From Mobula birostris (lineage: Eukaryota): 64,000 nt of DNA. The notes under the pieces were generated by a model. It searched no databases. It saw nothing but the letters and a program-made list of their open reading frames with translations, and was not told the DNA's origin. The stretch spans positions 18,370,742 through 18,434,741 of the forward strand of contig NC_092379.1 of NCBI RefSeq assembly GCF_030028105.1. The letters run 5' to 3'. The translations under genes and the position numbers were made by a program. Positions 34,270-47,059 of the stretch are shown here, in pieces; position 1 is the stretch's first letter, and the number at the start of each line of letters is the position of its first letter.

Positions 34270-35987
34270 CTGAAAAATCCTTCAAATTCACAGACAGATT
34301 CAAGTACATTTATTATCAAAGAATGTATAAATTATACAACCTTGAGGCTTACTTGCTCACAGGTAGCCACAGAGCAAGAAACCCAAAACAGCCCAATTCA
34401 AGAAAAAGGAAGAATAAAAATAAAAAACCAGCACCTGATGTAAGAGGCAGAAGAAAAACACAAATCACGTAAGCAATTGAAACGAGCAACAGCATTCCGA
34501 GTCAAAACGGAGTCCTCAGATCTGAACCCTGGAGCAGCCCAGAGTAGGCCCAAAGCCTCACTTCTCAGTTCATCATATTAGCAGTACAGAGCACTGCAGC
34601 CAGGGCAGTCTTCATAGGGCTCAGTGCCACAGAGATGGCCACCGCGGAGAACGGGCGGAATCAGCTCTTGTCCCAATGTTTAAGTTGACTAAACGGAACA
34701 GTGAAAGGCTCCGGTGTCTTGGAGAGAGGCATGAAGATTGCAGGGAGCGAGTGCACTTGGCTCTCGCCTCCGATCTGGGTCGGCATTTAAATTGGGTAAG
34801 TGACCCAGCTCAGCGTCCTCTCCCTAGGCCCACAGCTGAATTTAATAAGAGCAATGAGGTTCTAATTACACTTAAAGGGCTGCAGTGGCTGATCATTCTA
34901 TTTGTATAGACAAAGTGGTTTAAGAACTTTCTCAAACCCCGAAAATGTGTACCATCCCTCCCAGCATGGGAATCGCTGCCCTTGGTCGCTCACTGTAGAG
35001 CAGCAGCGTTTGGGAGGGCAAAAGAAACATGGAAAAGCCCAGTGTAAGTGGTGATCCTGTCAAAGTCCAGAGAAGGAATGACACAGGAAGAACAGGGAAT
35101 GCATGCATGCATTTACCCTTTCTGTACCCCTCATAATATTGTACATCTCCTATGCTCCAGGGGATAATATCCTATCCTATGCAACCTTCCCCTATATCTC
35201 ATGTCCTTAAGTCTTGGCTAATTCCTTGCATAGTTTCTCTGTACTCTTTTCAAACTTATTGTTTGCAGGTGATGAGAACTACTTATAGCATTCCAGATCT
35301 GACCTCACCAATGTCTTATACAACTTCAGCTCCTGTACTTATTGATGAAGGCCAGTGTTCCAAAGTGTCTTTATGATTCCTGGTCAGGTCACAGATCTCT
35401 CAATGGGTGAGCATCTGGGGGACAGTGACCACTGCTCCCTGGCCTTTAACATTATCATGGAAAAGGATAGAATCAGAGAGGACAGGAAAATTTTTAAGTG
35501 AGGAAGGGCAAATTTTGAGGCTATAAGGCTAGAACTTGCGGGTGTGAATTGGGGTGATGTTTCTGCAGGGAAATGTACTATGGACATGTGGTCGATGTTT
35601 AGGGATCTCTTGCAGGATGGTAGGGATAAATTTGTCCCAGTGAGGAAGATAAAGAATGGTAGGGTGAAGGAACCATGGGTGACAAGTGAGGTGGAGAGTC
35701 TAGTCAGATGGAAGAAGGCAGCATACGTGAGGTTTAGGAAGCAAGGATCAGATGGGTCTATTGAGGAATATAGGGTAGCAAGAAAGAAGCTTATGAAGGG
35801 GCTGAGGAGAGCAAGAAGGGGGCATGAGAAGGCCTTGGCGAGTAGGGTAAAGGAAAACTCCAAGGGATTCTTCAATTATGTGAAGAACAAAAGGTTGACA
35901 GGAGTGAAGATAGGACCGATTAGAGATAAAGGTGGAAAGATGTGCCTGGAGGCTGTGGAAGTGAGCGAGGTCCTCAATGAATACTTA

Positions 35988-38129
35988 GCTAAGATAGACT
36001 GGCAAATGACACTTAAAGGGTTGACGGTGGATATGCAATGGCAAGCATTTAAAGATTGCATGGATGAACTACAACAATTGTTCATCCCAGTTTGGCAAAA
36101 GAATAAATCAAGGAAGGTAGTGCACCCGTGGCTGACAAGGGAAATTAGGGATAGTATCAATTCCAAAGAAGAAGCATACAAATTAGCCAGAAAAACTGGG
36201 AGAAATTCAGAGTTCAGCAGAGGAGGACAAAGGGCTTAATTAGGAAAGGGGAAAAAAGGTCATGAGAGAAAACTGGCAGGGAACATAAAAACTGACTGTA
36301 AAAGCTTTTATAGATATGTGAAAAGAAAAAGATTGGTTAAGACAAATGTAGGTTCCCTACAGACAGAAACAGGTGAATTGATTATGGGGAGCAAGGACAT
36401 GGCAGACCAATTGAATAATTACTTTGGTTCTGTCTTCACTAAGGAGGACATAAATAATCTTCCAGAAATAGTAGGGGACAGAGGGTCCAGTGAGATGGAG
36501 GAACTGAGGGAAATATATGTTAGTAGGGAAGTGGTGTTAGGTAAATTGAAGGGATTAAAGGCAGATAAATCCACAGGGCCAGATGGTCTGCATCCCAGAG
36601 TGCTTAAGGAAGTAGCCCAAGAAATAATGGATGCATTAGTGATAATTTTTCAAAAGTCTTTAGATTCTGGACTAGTTCCTGAGGATTGGAGGGTGGCTAA
36701 TGTAACCCCACTTTTTAAAAAAGGAGGGAGAGAGAAACTGGGGAATTATAGACCGGGAAACTGCTATAGCAGTTATCAAAGATGTGATAACAGCACATTT
36801 GGAAAGCGGTGAAATGATCGGACAAAGTCAGCATGGATTTGTGAAAGGAAAATCATGTCTGACGAATCTCACAGAGTTTTTTGAGGATGTAACTAGTAGA
36901 GTGGATCGGGGAGAACCAGTGGATGTGGTATATTTGGATTTTCAAAAGGCTTTTGACAAGGTCCCACACAGGGGATTAGTGTGCCAACTTAAAGCACACG
37001 GTATTGGGGGTAAGGTATTGATGTGGATAGAGAATTGGTTAGCAGACAGGAAGCAAAGAGTGGGAATAAACGGGACCTTTTCAGAATGGCAGGCAGTGAC
37101 TAGTGGGGTACCGCAAGGCTCAGTGCTGGGACCCCAGTTGTTTACAATATATATTAATGACTTAGATGAGGGAATTAAATGCAGCATCTCCAAGTTTGTG
37201 GATGACACGAAGCTGGGCGGCAGTGTTATCTGTGAGGAGGATGCTAAGAGGATGCAGGGTGACTTGGATAGGTCAGGTGAGTGGGCAAATTCATGGCAGA
37301 TGCAATTTACTGTGGATAATTGTGAGGTTATCCACTTTGGTGGCAAAAACAGGAAAACAGATTATTATCTGAATGATAGCCGATTAGAAAAAGGGGAGGT
37401 GCAACGAGACCTGGGTGTCATTATACACTAGTCATTGAAAGTGGGCATGCAGGTACAGCAGGCAGTGAAAAGGCGAATGGTATGCTGGCATTTATAGCAA
37501 GAGGATTCGAGTACAGGAGCAGGGAGGTACTACTGCAGTTGTACAAGGCCTTGGTGAGACCACACCTGGAGTATTGTGTGCAATTTTGGTCCCCTAATCT
37601 GAGAAAAGACATCCTTGTCATAGAGGGAGTACAAAGAAGGTTTACCAGATTGATTCCTGAGATGGCAGAACTTTCATATGATGAAAGACTGGCTGAACTA
37701 GGCTTATACTCGTTGGAATTTAGAAGATTGAGGGGGGATCTTATTGAAATGTATAAAATCCTAAAGGAATTGGACAGACTAGATGCAGGAAGATTGTTCC
37801 CGATGTTGGGGAAGTCCAGAACGAGGGGTCACAGTTTGAGGATAAAGGGGAAGCCTTTTAGGACCGAGATTAGGAAAAACTTCTTCACACAGAGAGTGGT
37901 GAATCTGTGGAATTCTCTGCCACAGGAAACAGTTGAGGCCGGTTCATTGGCTATATTTAAGAGGGAGTTAGATATGGCCCTTGTGGCTACGGGGGTCAGG
38001 GGGTATGGAGGGAAGGCTGGTACAGGGTTCTGAGTTGGAAGATCAGCCATGATCATACTGAATGGCGGTGCAGGCTCAAAGGGACGAATGGCCTACTCCT
38101 GCACCTATTTTCTATGTTTCTATGTTTCT
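35988..38129 (+). mobile_element. Nested CR1 (second subfamily), 5'-truncated
   Basis: RT ORFs 36318-38033 and a (TATGTTTC)n tail. Very similar to 41060-43230, with two small internal deletions. Confidence 0.9.
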
Positions 38130-38638
38130 ATGTTTCTCTTCGGTATTCACCAATGAGAGGGAACTTGATGATGGAGAAGACAATATGAGTGAGGTTGATG
38201 TTCTGGAGCATGTTGATATTAAGGGAGAAGAGGTGTTGGAGTTGTTAAAATACATTAGGACGGATAAGTCCCCGGGGCCCGACGGAATATTCCCCAGGCT
38301 GCTCCACGAGGTGAGGAAAGAGATTGCTGAGCCCCTGGCTAGGATCTTTATGTCCTCGTTGTCCACGGGAATGGTACTGGAGGATTGGAGGGAGGCGAAT
38401 GTTGTCCCCTTGTTCAAAAAAGGTAGTAGGGGTAGTCCAGGTAATTACAGACCAGTGAGCCTTACGTCTGTGGTGGGAAAGCTGTTGGAAAAGATTCTTA
38501 GAGATAGGATCTCTGGGCATTTAGAGAATCATGGTCTGATCAGGGACAGTCAACATGGCTTTGTGAAGGGCAGATCGTGTCGAACAAGACTGATAGAGTT
38601 CTTTGAGGAGGTGACCAGGCATATAGATGAGGGCAGTG

Positions 38639-39482
38639 CAGTGGTAGTTTTCTTACTTTTTTCTTCTTACTTTTTTAACTTACGTCATTTGTTGTATTTT
38701 TTTCACGGTAACACATTGAAGCTGCACCCTTTCGAACATGCTGGTGGAGAGAGTTTTATTTGGGTTTTTAGCACTGGAAATAGTTACATTTGGACATGTC
38801 TCATTAGTGAGGCCGCAGTATGGTTGCATTGTTTATTCCAGGGACCAGCTGATTGCACTTACGCTGGCTGGTTTAGTGAACAGAGCGGCGGACACCCCTG
38901 CTGAAATCTGGAGGAAAACACACAGAGGATGCAGAGGGGTATCAAAAAGGCGGAGGAAAGAGGACCGGGTCGAGACAACAGAGACTTATGGAGAAGAGGA
39001 GTTCTCCACTTGGACTGCACGTGGACATACCCAACCAAAACTTTTCCATGGAGGGCTTCCAGACCGTTCGGGCTGACCGGAAGTGCACTGAGAGCGGTAA
39101 GCGTAAAGGAGAGGGGCTTGCTGTTCTGGTTAACAACAGATGGTGCAATCCGGTTCATATTACGATCGAGGAACGTCTTTGTAGCCCGGATATTGAACTT
39201 TTTGCTGTTGGACTCCAGCCATATTCCACCGAGATACAACACTGGGTGTCATGGGAGGTTATTTCTGCCTGTGGCCATCGAACTTTGCAGCTCCTTTCGT
39301 GAAGGGTCAGACACCCTGAGCCAATAGGCTGGTCCTGGACTTATTTCCATCTGGCATAGTTTGCATATTGTTGTTTGATTGTTTGTGGTTTTTGTATTTC
39401 TATATTTATGCATTATTCTTGGTTGGTGCAGCTGTAATGAAACTCAATTTCCCTTGGGATCAATAAAGTATGTCTATGTCTA
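38639..39482 (+). mobile_element. Nested internally deleted L2-clade element
   Basis: 5' end and endonuclease fragment (EGFQTVRADR...GLAVLVNNRWC) joined directly to a 3' end (PRYNT...FLPVAI) and an AATAAAG(TATGTC)n tail. Confidence 0.75.
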
Positions 39483-40219
39483 TGTGATCTGCATGGATTT
39501 TAGTAAGGCATTTGACAAGGTACCACACAGTAGGCTTATTCAGAAAGTCAGAAGGCATGGGATCCAGGGAAGTTTGGCCAGATGGATTCAGAATTGGCTT
39601 GACTGCAGAAAGCAGAGGGTGGTGGTGGAGGGAGTACATTGGGATTGGAGGGTTGTGACTAGTGGTGTCCCACAAGGATTGGTTCTGGGACCTCCACTTT
39701 TCATGATTTTTATTAACGACCTGGATGTGGGGGTAGAGGGGTGGGCTGGCAAGTTTGCAGACAACACAAAGCTTGGTGGTGTTGTGGATAGTGTAGAGTA
39801 TTGTCGAAGGTTGCAGAGAGACGTTGATAGGATGCAGAAGTGGGCTGAGAAGTGGCAGATGGAGTTCAACCCGGGGAAGTATGAGGTGGTACACTTTGGA
39901 AGGACAAACTCCAAGGCAGAGCACAAAGTAAATGGCAGGATACTTGGAAGTATGGAGGAGCAGAGGAATCTCGGGGTACATGTCCACAGATCCCTGAAAG
40001 TTGCCTCACAGGTAGATAGAGTAGTTAAGAAAGCTTATGGGGTGTTAGCTTTGATAAGTTGAGGGATAGAGTGTAAGAGTCGCGATGTAATGATGCAGCT
40101 CTATAAAACTCTGGTTAGGCCACACTTGGAGTATTGTTTCTAGTTCTGGTTGCCTCACTATAGGAAGGATGTGGAAGCATTGGAAAGGGTACAGAGGAGA
40201 TTTACCAGGATGCTGCCTG

Positions 40220-43200
40220 GTAAAAGTAAAAGGTAAAAAGTAAAAGTGGCAGGCCGGCAAATCCAGGGCAAAAATCAAAAAGGGCCATTTTTCAACATAA
40301 TTGTATAAGGGCTGAGAGTGTTTTAAAAGCAAGCCTGAAGGCTTTGTGTGTCAATGCAAGGAGCATTTGTAACAAAGTGGATGAATTAAAAATGCAGATT
40401 GTTATTAATGAATATGATATAGTTGGGATCACAGAGACATGGCTCCAGGGTGACCAAGGATGGGAGCTCAACATTCAGGGATATTCAATATTCAGGGATA
40501 GACATGAAAGAAAAGGAGGTGGGGTAGCATTGCTGGTTAGAGAGGAGATTAACGCAATAGAAAGGAAGGACATTAGCCGGGAAGATGTGGAATCGATATG
40601 GGTAGAGCTGCATAACACTAAGGGGCAGAAAACGCTGGTGGGAGTTGTGTACAAGCCACCTAACAGTAGTAGTGAGGTTGGGGATGGTATTAAACAGGAA
40701 ATTAGAAATGTGTGCAATAAAGGAACAGCAGTTATAATGGGTGACTTCAATCTACATATAGATTGGGTGAACCAAATTGGTAAGGGTGCTGAGGAAGAGG
40801 ATTTCTTGGAATGTATGCGGGATGGTTTTTTGAACCAACATGTCGAGGAACCAACTAGAGAGCAGGCTATTCTAGACTGGGTATTGAGCAATGAGGAAGG
40901 GTTACTTAGCAATCTTGTCATGAGAGGCACCTTGGGTAAGAGTGACCATAATCTGGTGGAATTCTTCATTAAGATGGAGAGTGACATAGTTAATTCAGAA
41001 ACAAAGGTTCTGAACTTAAAGAAGGGTAACTTTGAAGGTATGAGACGTGAATTAGCTAAGATAGACTGGCAAATGATACTTAAAAGGTTGACGGTGGATA
41101 TGCAATGGCAAGCATTTAAAGATCGGATGGATGAACTACAACATTTGTTCAACCCAGTTTGGCAAAAGAATAAATCAGGGAAGGTAGTGCACCCGTGGCT
41201 GACAAGGGAAATTAGGGATAGTATCAATTCCAAAGAAGAAACATACAAATTAGCCAGAAAAAGCGGCTCACCTGAGGACTGGGAGAAATTCAGAGTCCAA
41301 CAGAGGAGGACAAAGGGCTTAATTAGGAAAGGGAAAAAAGATTATGAGAGAAAACTGGCAGGGAACATAAAAACTGACTGTAAAAGCTTTTATAGATATG
41401 TGAAAAGAAGAAGATTGGTTAAGACAAATGTAGGTCCCTTACAGACAGAAATAGGTGAATTGATTATGGGGAACAAGGACATGGCAGACCAATTGAATAA
41501 CTACTTTGGTTCTGTCTTCACTAAGGAGGACATAAATAATCTTCCGGAAATAGTAGGGGACAGAGGGTCCAGTGAGATGGAGGAACTGAGGGAAATACAT
41601 GTTAGTAGGGAAGTGGTGTTAGGTAAATTGAAGGGATTAAAGGCAGATAAATCCCCAGGGCCAGATGGTCTGCATCCCAGAGTGCTTAAGGAAGTAGCCC
41701 AAGAAATTGTGGATGCATGAGTGATAATTTTTCAAAACTCTAGATTCTGGACTAGTTCCTGAGGATTGGAGGGTGGCTAATGTAACCCCACTTTTTAAAA
41801 AAGGAGGGAGAGAGAAACCAGGGAATTATAGACTGGTTAGCCTAACATCAGTGGTGGGGAAAATGCTAGAGTCAGTTATCAAGGATGTGATAACAGCACA
41901 TTTGGAAAGCGGTGAAATCATCGGACAAAGTCAGCATGGATTTGTGAAAGGAAACTCATGTCTGATGAATCTCATAGAATTTTTTGAGGATGTAACTAGT
42001 AGAGTGGATAGGGGAGAACCAGTGGATGTGGTATATTTGGATTTTCAAAGGGCTTTTGACAAGGTCCCACACAGGAGATTAGCGTGCAAACTTAAAGCAC
42101 ACGGTATTGGGGGTAGGGTATTGATGTGGATAGAGAATTGGTTGGCAGACAGGAAGTAAAGAGTGGTAATAAACGGGACCTTTTCAGAATGGCAGGCAGT
42201 GACTAGTGGGGTACCGCAAGGCTCAGTGCTGGGATCCCAGTTGTTTACAATATATATTAATGACTTAGATGAGGGAATTAAATGCAGCATCTCCAAGTTT
42301 GTGGATGACACGAAGCTGGGCGGCAGTGTTAGCTGTGAGGAGGATGCTAAGAGGATGCAAGGTGACTTGGATAGGTTAAGTGAGTGGGCAAATTCATGGC
42401 AGATGCAATTTAATGTGGATAAATGTGAGGTTATCCACTTTGGTGGCAAAAACAGGAAAACAGATTATTATCTGAATGGTGGCTGATCAGGAAAAGGGGA
42501 GGTGCAATGAGACCTGGGTGTCATTATACACCAGTCATTGAAAGTGGGCATGCAGGTACAGCAGGCGGTGAAAAAGGCGAATGGTATGCTGGCATTCATA
42601 GCAGGAGAATTCGAGTACAGGAGCAGGGAGGTACTACTGCAGTTGTACAAGGCCTTGGTGAGACCACACCTGGAGTATTGTGTGCAGTTTTGGTCCCCTA
42701 ATCTGAGGAAAGACATCCTTGCCATAGAGGGAGTACAAAGAAGGTTCACCAGATTGATTCCTGGGATGGCAGGACCTTGATATGATGAAAGACTGGATCG
42801 ACTAGTCTTATACTCGTTGGAATTTAGAAGATTGAGGGGGGATCTTATTGAAACGTATAAAATTCTAAAGGGATTGGACAGGCTAGATGCAGGAAGATTG
42901 TTCCCGATGTTGGGGAAGTCCAGTACGAGGGGTCACAGTTTGAGGATAAAAGGGAGGTCTTTTAGGACCGAGATTAGGAAAAACTTCTTCACACAGAGAG
43001 TGGTGAATCTGTGGAATTCTCTGCCACAGGAAACAGTTGAGGCCAGTTCATTGGTTATATTTAAGAGGGAGTTAGATATGGCCCTTGTGGCTAAAGGGAT
43101 CAGGGGGTATGGAGGGAAGGCTGGTACAGGGTTCTGAGTTGGATGATCAGCCATGATCATACTGAATGGCGGTGCAGACTCGAAGGGCCGAATGGCCTAC

Positions 43201-43230
43201 TCCAGCACCTATTTTCTATGTTTCTATGTT
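40220..43230 (+). mobile_element. Nested CR1 with near-complete ORF2 (APE endonuclease + RT), disrupted
   Basis: ORF 40344-41720 (NARSI, GITETW, MGDFN, SDH) followed by RT fragments with stops and frameshifts, and a (TATGTTTC)n tail. Confidence 0.92.
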
Positions 43231-43859
43231 TGGAGAGTATGCATTATGATCAGAGATTAAGGGAGCGAGGGTTTTACTCTTTGGAGAGAAGGAGGATGAG
43301 AGGAGACATGATAGAGGTGTACAAGATAATAAGAGGAATAGATAGAGTGGACAGCCAGCGCCTCTTCCCCAGGGCACCACTGCTCAATACAAGAGGACAT
43401 GGCTTTAAGGTAAGGGGTGGGAAGTTCAAGGGGGTTATTAGAGGAAGGTTTTTTACTCAGAGAGTGGTTGGTGCGTGGAATGTACTGCCTGAGTCAGTGG
43501 TGGAGGCAGATACACTAGTGAAATTTAAGAGACTACTAGACAGGTATATGGAGGAATTTAAGGAGGGGGGTTATATGGGAGGCAGGGTTTAAGGGTCAGC
43601 ATAACATTGTGGGCAGAAGGGCCTGTACTGTGCTGTGCTGTATTGTTCTATTGTTCTTTTGTTTGTCCATATATCTGTGATTCCACTTTCAAGGAATTAT
43701 GGATCTGTATTCCTAGATCCCTTTGTTCTACTGCACATCTCAGTTCCCTATTGAATTGCATTGACTTTATTTCTTTCATCCTTCACATACGTGAGGAGTA
43801 AAAGTCTTTACATTACATCTCTGTCTGAATGTGCAAATTATAGTAATTTGTAAAAAGTA

Positions 43860-44370
43860 GCATGTTCAGTATGATATACAACAGAACAGTCAATATAGCT
43901 TAGAAATGCAATTGTGTCGGTGTGAATTAATCAGTCTGGTGGCCTTGTGGAAGAAGCTATCCTGGAGCCTGTTGTCCTGGCTTTAATGCTGCGGTACTGT
44001 TTCCCGGATGGCAGCAGCTGGAGCAGTTTGTAGTTGGGGTGACTCGGGTCCCCAATGATCCTTCGGGCCCTTTTTGTAAATGTCCTGAGCAGTGGGAAGT
44101 TCACAACTGCAGATGTGCTGGGCTGTCCGCACCACCTGTGCCCTGTGATTGAGGGAAGTACAGTTCCCATACCAGGTAGTGATACAGCCAGTCAGGATGC
44201 TCTCACTTGTACCCCATGGAAAGTCCTTAGGATTTGGGGACTGATGCCAAACTTCTTCAACCATCTAAGGTGAAAGAGGTGCTGTTGTGCTTTTTTCACC
44301 ACGCAGCTGGTATGTACAGACCAAGTGAGATCCTCGGTGATGTGTATACTGAGGAACTTGAAGCTGTTCA
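43860..44370 (-). mobile_element. L2-clade LINE fragment
   Basis: ESILTGCITTWYG and FKFLSIHITEDLTWS motifs. Confidence 0.75.
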
Positions 44371-44884
44371 CCCTCTCAATCCTACCATTCACTGTGTTCT
44401 TGCCCTGGATTGTCCTGCCAAAGTGCAACACTGTACACCCATTGGCATTATTCCCCTCTGCCGTTATTCAGTCCATCTTCCCACTGGTTCAGACCATGCT
44501 GCAATCTTGCTGCATTGGTTTATTTTGATCGTACTGATGCTTACCAGAAGCTCCCAAATAATTCTTATCAGTGCTCCGTTATCCTTCCAGAACTCTGAGA
44601 TCTATCAGGTCCCCAGTGAATTGTTTTGAGCAACCTCTCATCTTTCTTTCCAGACCAGATGAAGGGTCTCAGCCCAAAATGTCGACCGTTTACTCTTTTC
44701 CATAGATGCTGCCTGACCTGCTGGGTTCCTCCAGCATTTTGTCTGTGTTGCTTTGGATTCCCAGCATCTGCTGTATTTCTCTTGTCTGTGATGCTGCGAT
44801 CTTTGTTAGCCTCCCCTACTACTTTCCCGTACTTGATCTCTTCTTCAAATTTGCTGATGCAGTTTCTAAACAGATGATGATCAA

Positions 44885-45722
44885 TGTCACGTGATCGGCA
44901 ACAATGAATATATCGAGTCAAGATTTATAAACAAACAAGCATTTATTAAACCCTGATAAACAATGAAAAAAACCGAAAACCTTAACCGGAAGTAAACGGC
45001 TATACAGCCATTCAGTAAACCGCTACTCAGTACTAGTTCTTAAAGCGATAAATGCCAAACCAGTTCTTAAAGCGATACATTCAAACACAGTTCCTCGAAT
45101 GGTAAATTTTAAAGTCCAAGAGATTTATATAGTCAATTAGGAGAGACTTTCATGAAGTAACGAATTCCTCGAAGACACGACGTCACTGCCACTCCCAGTC
45201 GGATCCTGCCTTGTCTACAGGATTCACGACGACGGAAATAAAATGGTTTTAAAGGCACTGACATTCCTCCGTAGAATAGATCCTGCTCAGCCTTTTCTAC
45301 CACTTTTGGCAAAGGCTATCTCATGCAGATCACTCTTTCTTGAATGAATTCAATAATGGTTGATCCTTTCCAAACCTGTCGAACGTCTCCTTCAGGGTCC
45401 CGTCTTCACTGTCCAATGTTACTGAAAAGATACATTAACAAACCTGGCAGCGATTGATCAAACTACCGGTCCAGACTTCTATACCTTACAATAGAACATA
45501 AAACTCCGTTTAAAATCAAAACTGCGTCATAATGCAAATATGCAGCGGAGCTGAGTATCTCATTGACGTTCTAACTGGAAAAACTAACTGCGTCACCAGG
45601 GGTCTTCCCTTTTATACCTGTGGTGAACTCACATCGGCAGGAAAATTACATCAGGTGACCTTCAAAAGACCATTACATCATCCTCACAAGACAGTCACAA
45701 GATCGCCATGAGGTATGTAACA
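44885..45722 (-). mobile_element. Solo LTR (same family as 33151-34017)
   Basis: TGTCACG...TGTAACA termini, ATCAA duplicated on both sides, and reverse-complement homology to 33151-34017. Confidence 0.85.
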
Positions 45723-46339
45723 ATCAACAACAGATCCAACGCTGACCCCTGCTGCACACCCCTAGTCACAGCCCTCCAGTCAGAGAGACTTGTGTACTTC
45801 CACTCTGTCTTCTCCCGCTAAGACAATTTACTACTGCAACTTCAACACCAAGTGACTTAATCTTCAGGATGAGCCCCCTGTGTGGTACTCTGTCAAAGGC
45901 CTTGCTAGAGTCCATGTAAACAAGGTTTTCCCTTCATCAACCTGCTCGGTTCTACAGACTTACCATGGGGAACATCCTGACAGGCTGCACCACTGTCTGA
46001 TATGGGTGGCGGCAGGGGCACGACTGCACAGAAGTTACAGTAAGTTGTAAAATTAGTCAGCGCCATCTCGGGTACCACCCTCCATAGTATCCAAGACATC
46101 TTCAAGGAATGGTGCCTCAGAAAGGAGCCAACATTAAGGATATCACTCAGGACATGCCCCCTTCTCATTGTTACCGTCAGGAACGAGGTACAGAAACCTG
46201 AAGGCACACACACAGTGATTCAGGAACAATTTCTTTCCCTGTCATCTGATTTCTGAATGGACATTGAACCCATGAACATTACTTCACTACTTTTTTATAT
46301 TATTTCTGTTTTGCACTTTTAAAATCTATTTAATACACA

Positions 46340-46911
46340 TGAAACACTCCGGTTCTGTCGGCTGTGTAAGCCTAGGGAAGACAATCTCCGGCCCCGCTAA
46401 ACGTGTGAGATTGAAGCGCAAACCCCTCAAATCCCTCTGTTTGTGTGGATGCTGTGTGATTCGTACCCCGTCACAAATAAGTACCAGAAAATAACAGACA
46501 GTACACCCCATACAATTAAATGATTTAGCTTTATAATTCTTAATTTGACTAAAGGGTTAGTAAAGAAAAAGCAAAAGAAAAAGAAAAGGGCCCATTTTAA
46601 TGAAATAGCCCAATGTGCACAAGTTGGAGCTCATGGTTTCCCCTTCGCTGATCCTCTTTTGATCTTCCTGGGCTTTGTCGGATCATGGCCCCGCTCCGGG
46701 TCGAGTCCTACGACCTCTTCTCTCCGGCGTCTTCTCCCTTCATCTCCCGCTGAACAAAAGACCCAGCTCACACCGGTGTCAGGCACACAACACGAAAAAC
46801 ACACTCCCTTCATTGGACATCTCACATTCCAAAGCACCCGTTATCTCTAATCATAACCCAAACACTGCTTCTACAGAAAGACCATTATGAAACATTTCCC
46901 AGGGTGTTACG
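46340..46911. mobile_element. Probable solo LTR of a second family
   Basis: Starts TGAAACAC and ends GTGTTAC(G), with imperfect flanks CACA/CATA. No coding capacity. Confidence 0.45.
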
Positions 46912-47059
46912 CATATGTATACTTTAATTGATTTACTTATTTATTTTTTTCTTTCTATATCATCATGTATTGCATTGTACTGCTGCTGCTAAGTTAACAA
47001 ATTTCACGACACATGCCAGTGATAATAAACCTGATTCTAATTCTGATTCTGGTAATGTC

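Larger units (their letters stand above)
35375..43640 (+). mobile_element. CR1 host element carrying three nested LINE insertions (8.3-kb array)
   Basis: The host ORF2 rejoins across each insertion: NEYF|SSVFT (~35988/38130), DEGSAV|DVIYMDFSK (~38639/39480), and RMLPG|(L)ESMHY (~40220/43231). Confidence 0.88.

Noticed and set aside
34065-34472. 135-aa plus-strand ORF
   Set aside because: No known motif and a low-complexity basic end. It overlaps the minus-strand Ig-like relic, which is the better explanation.
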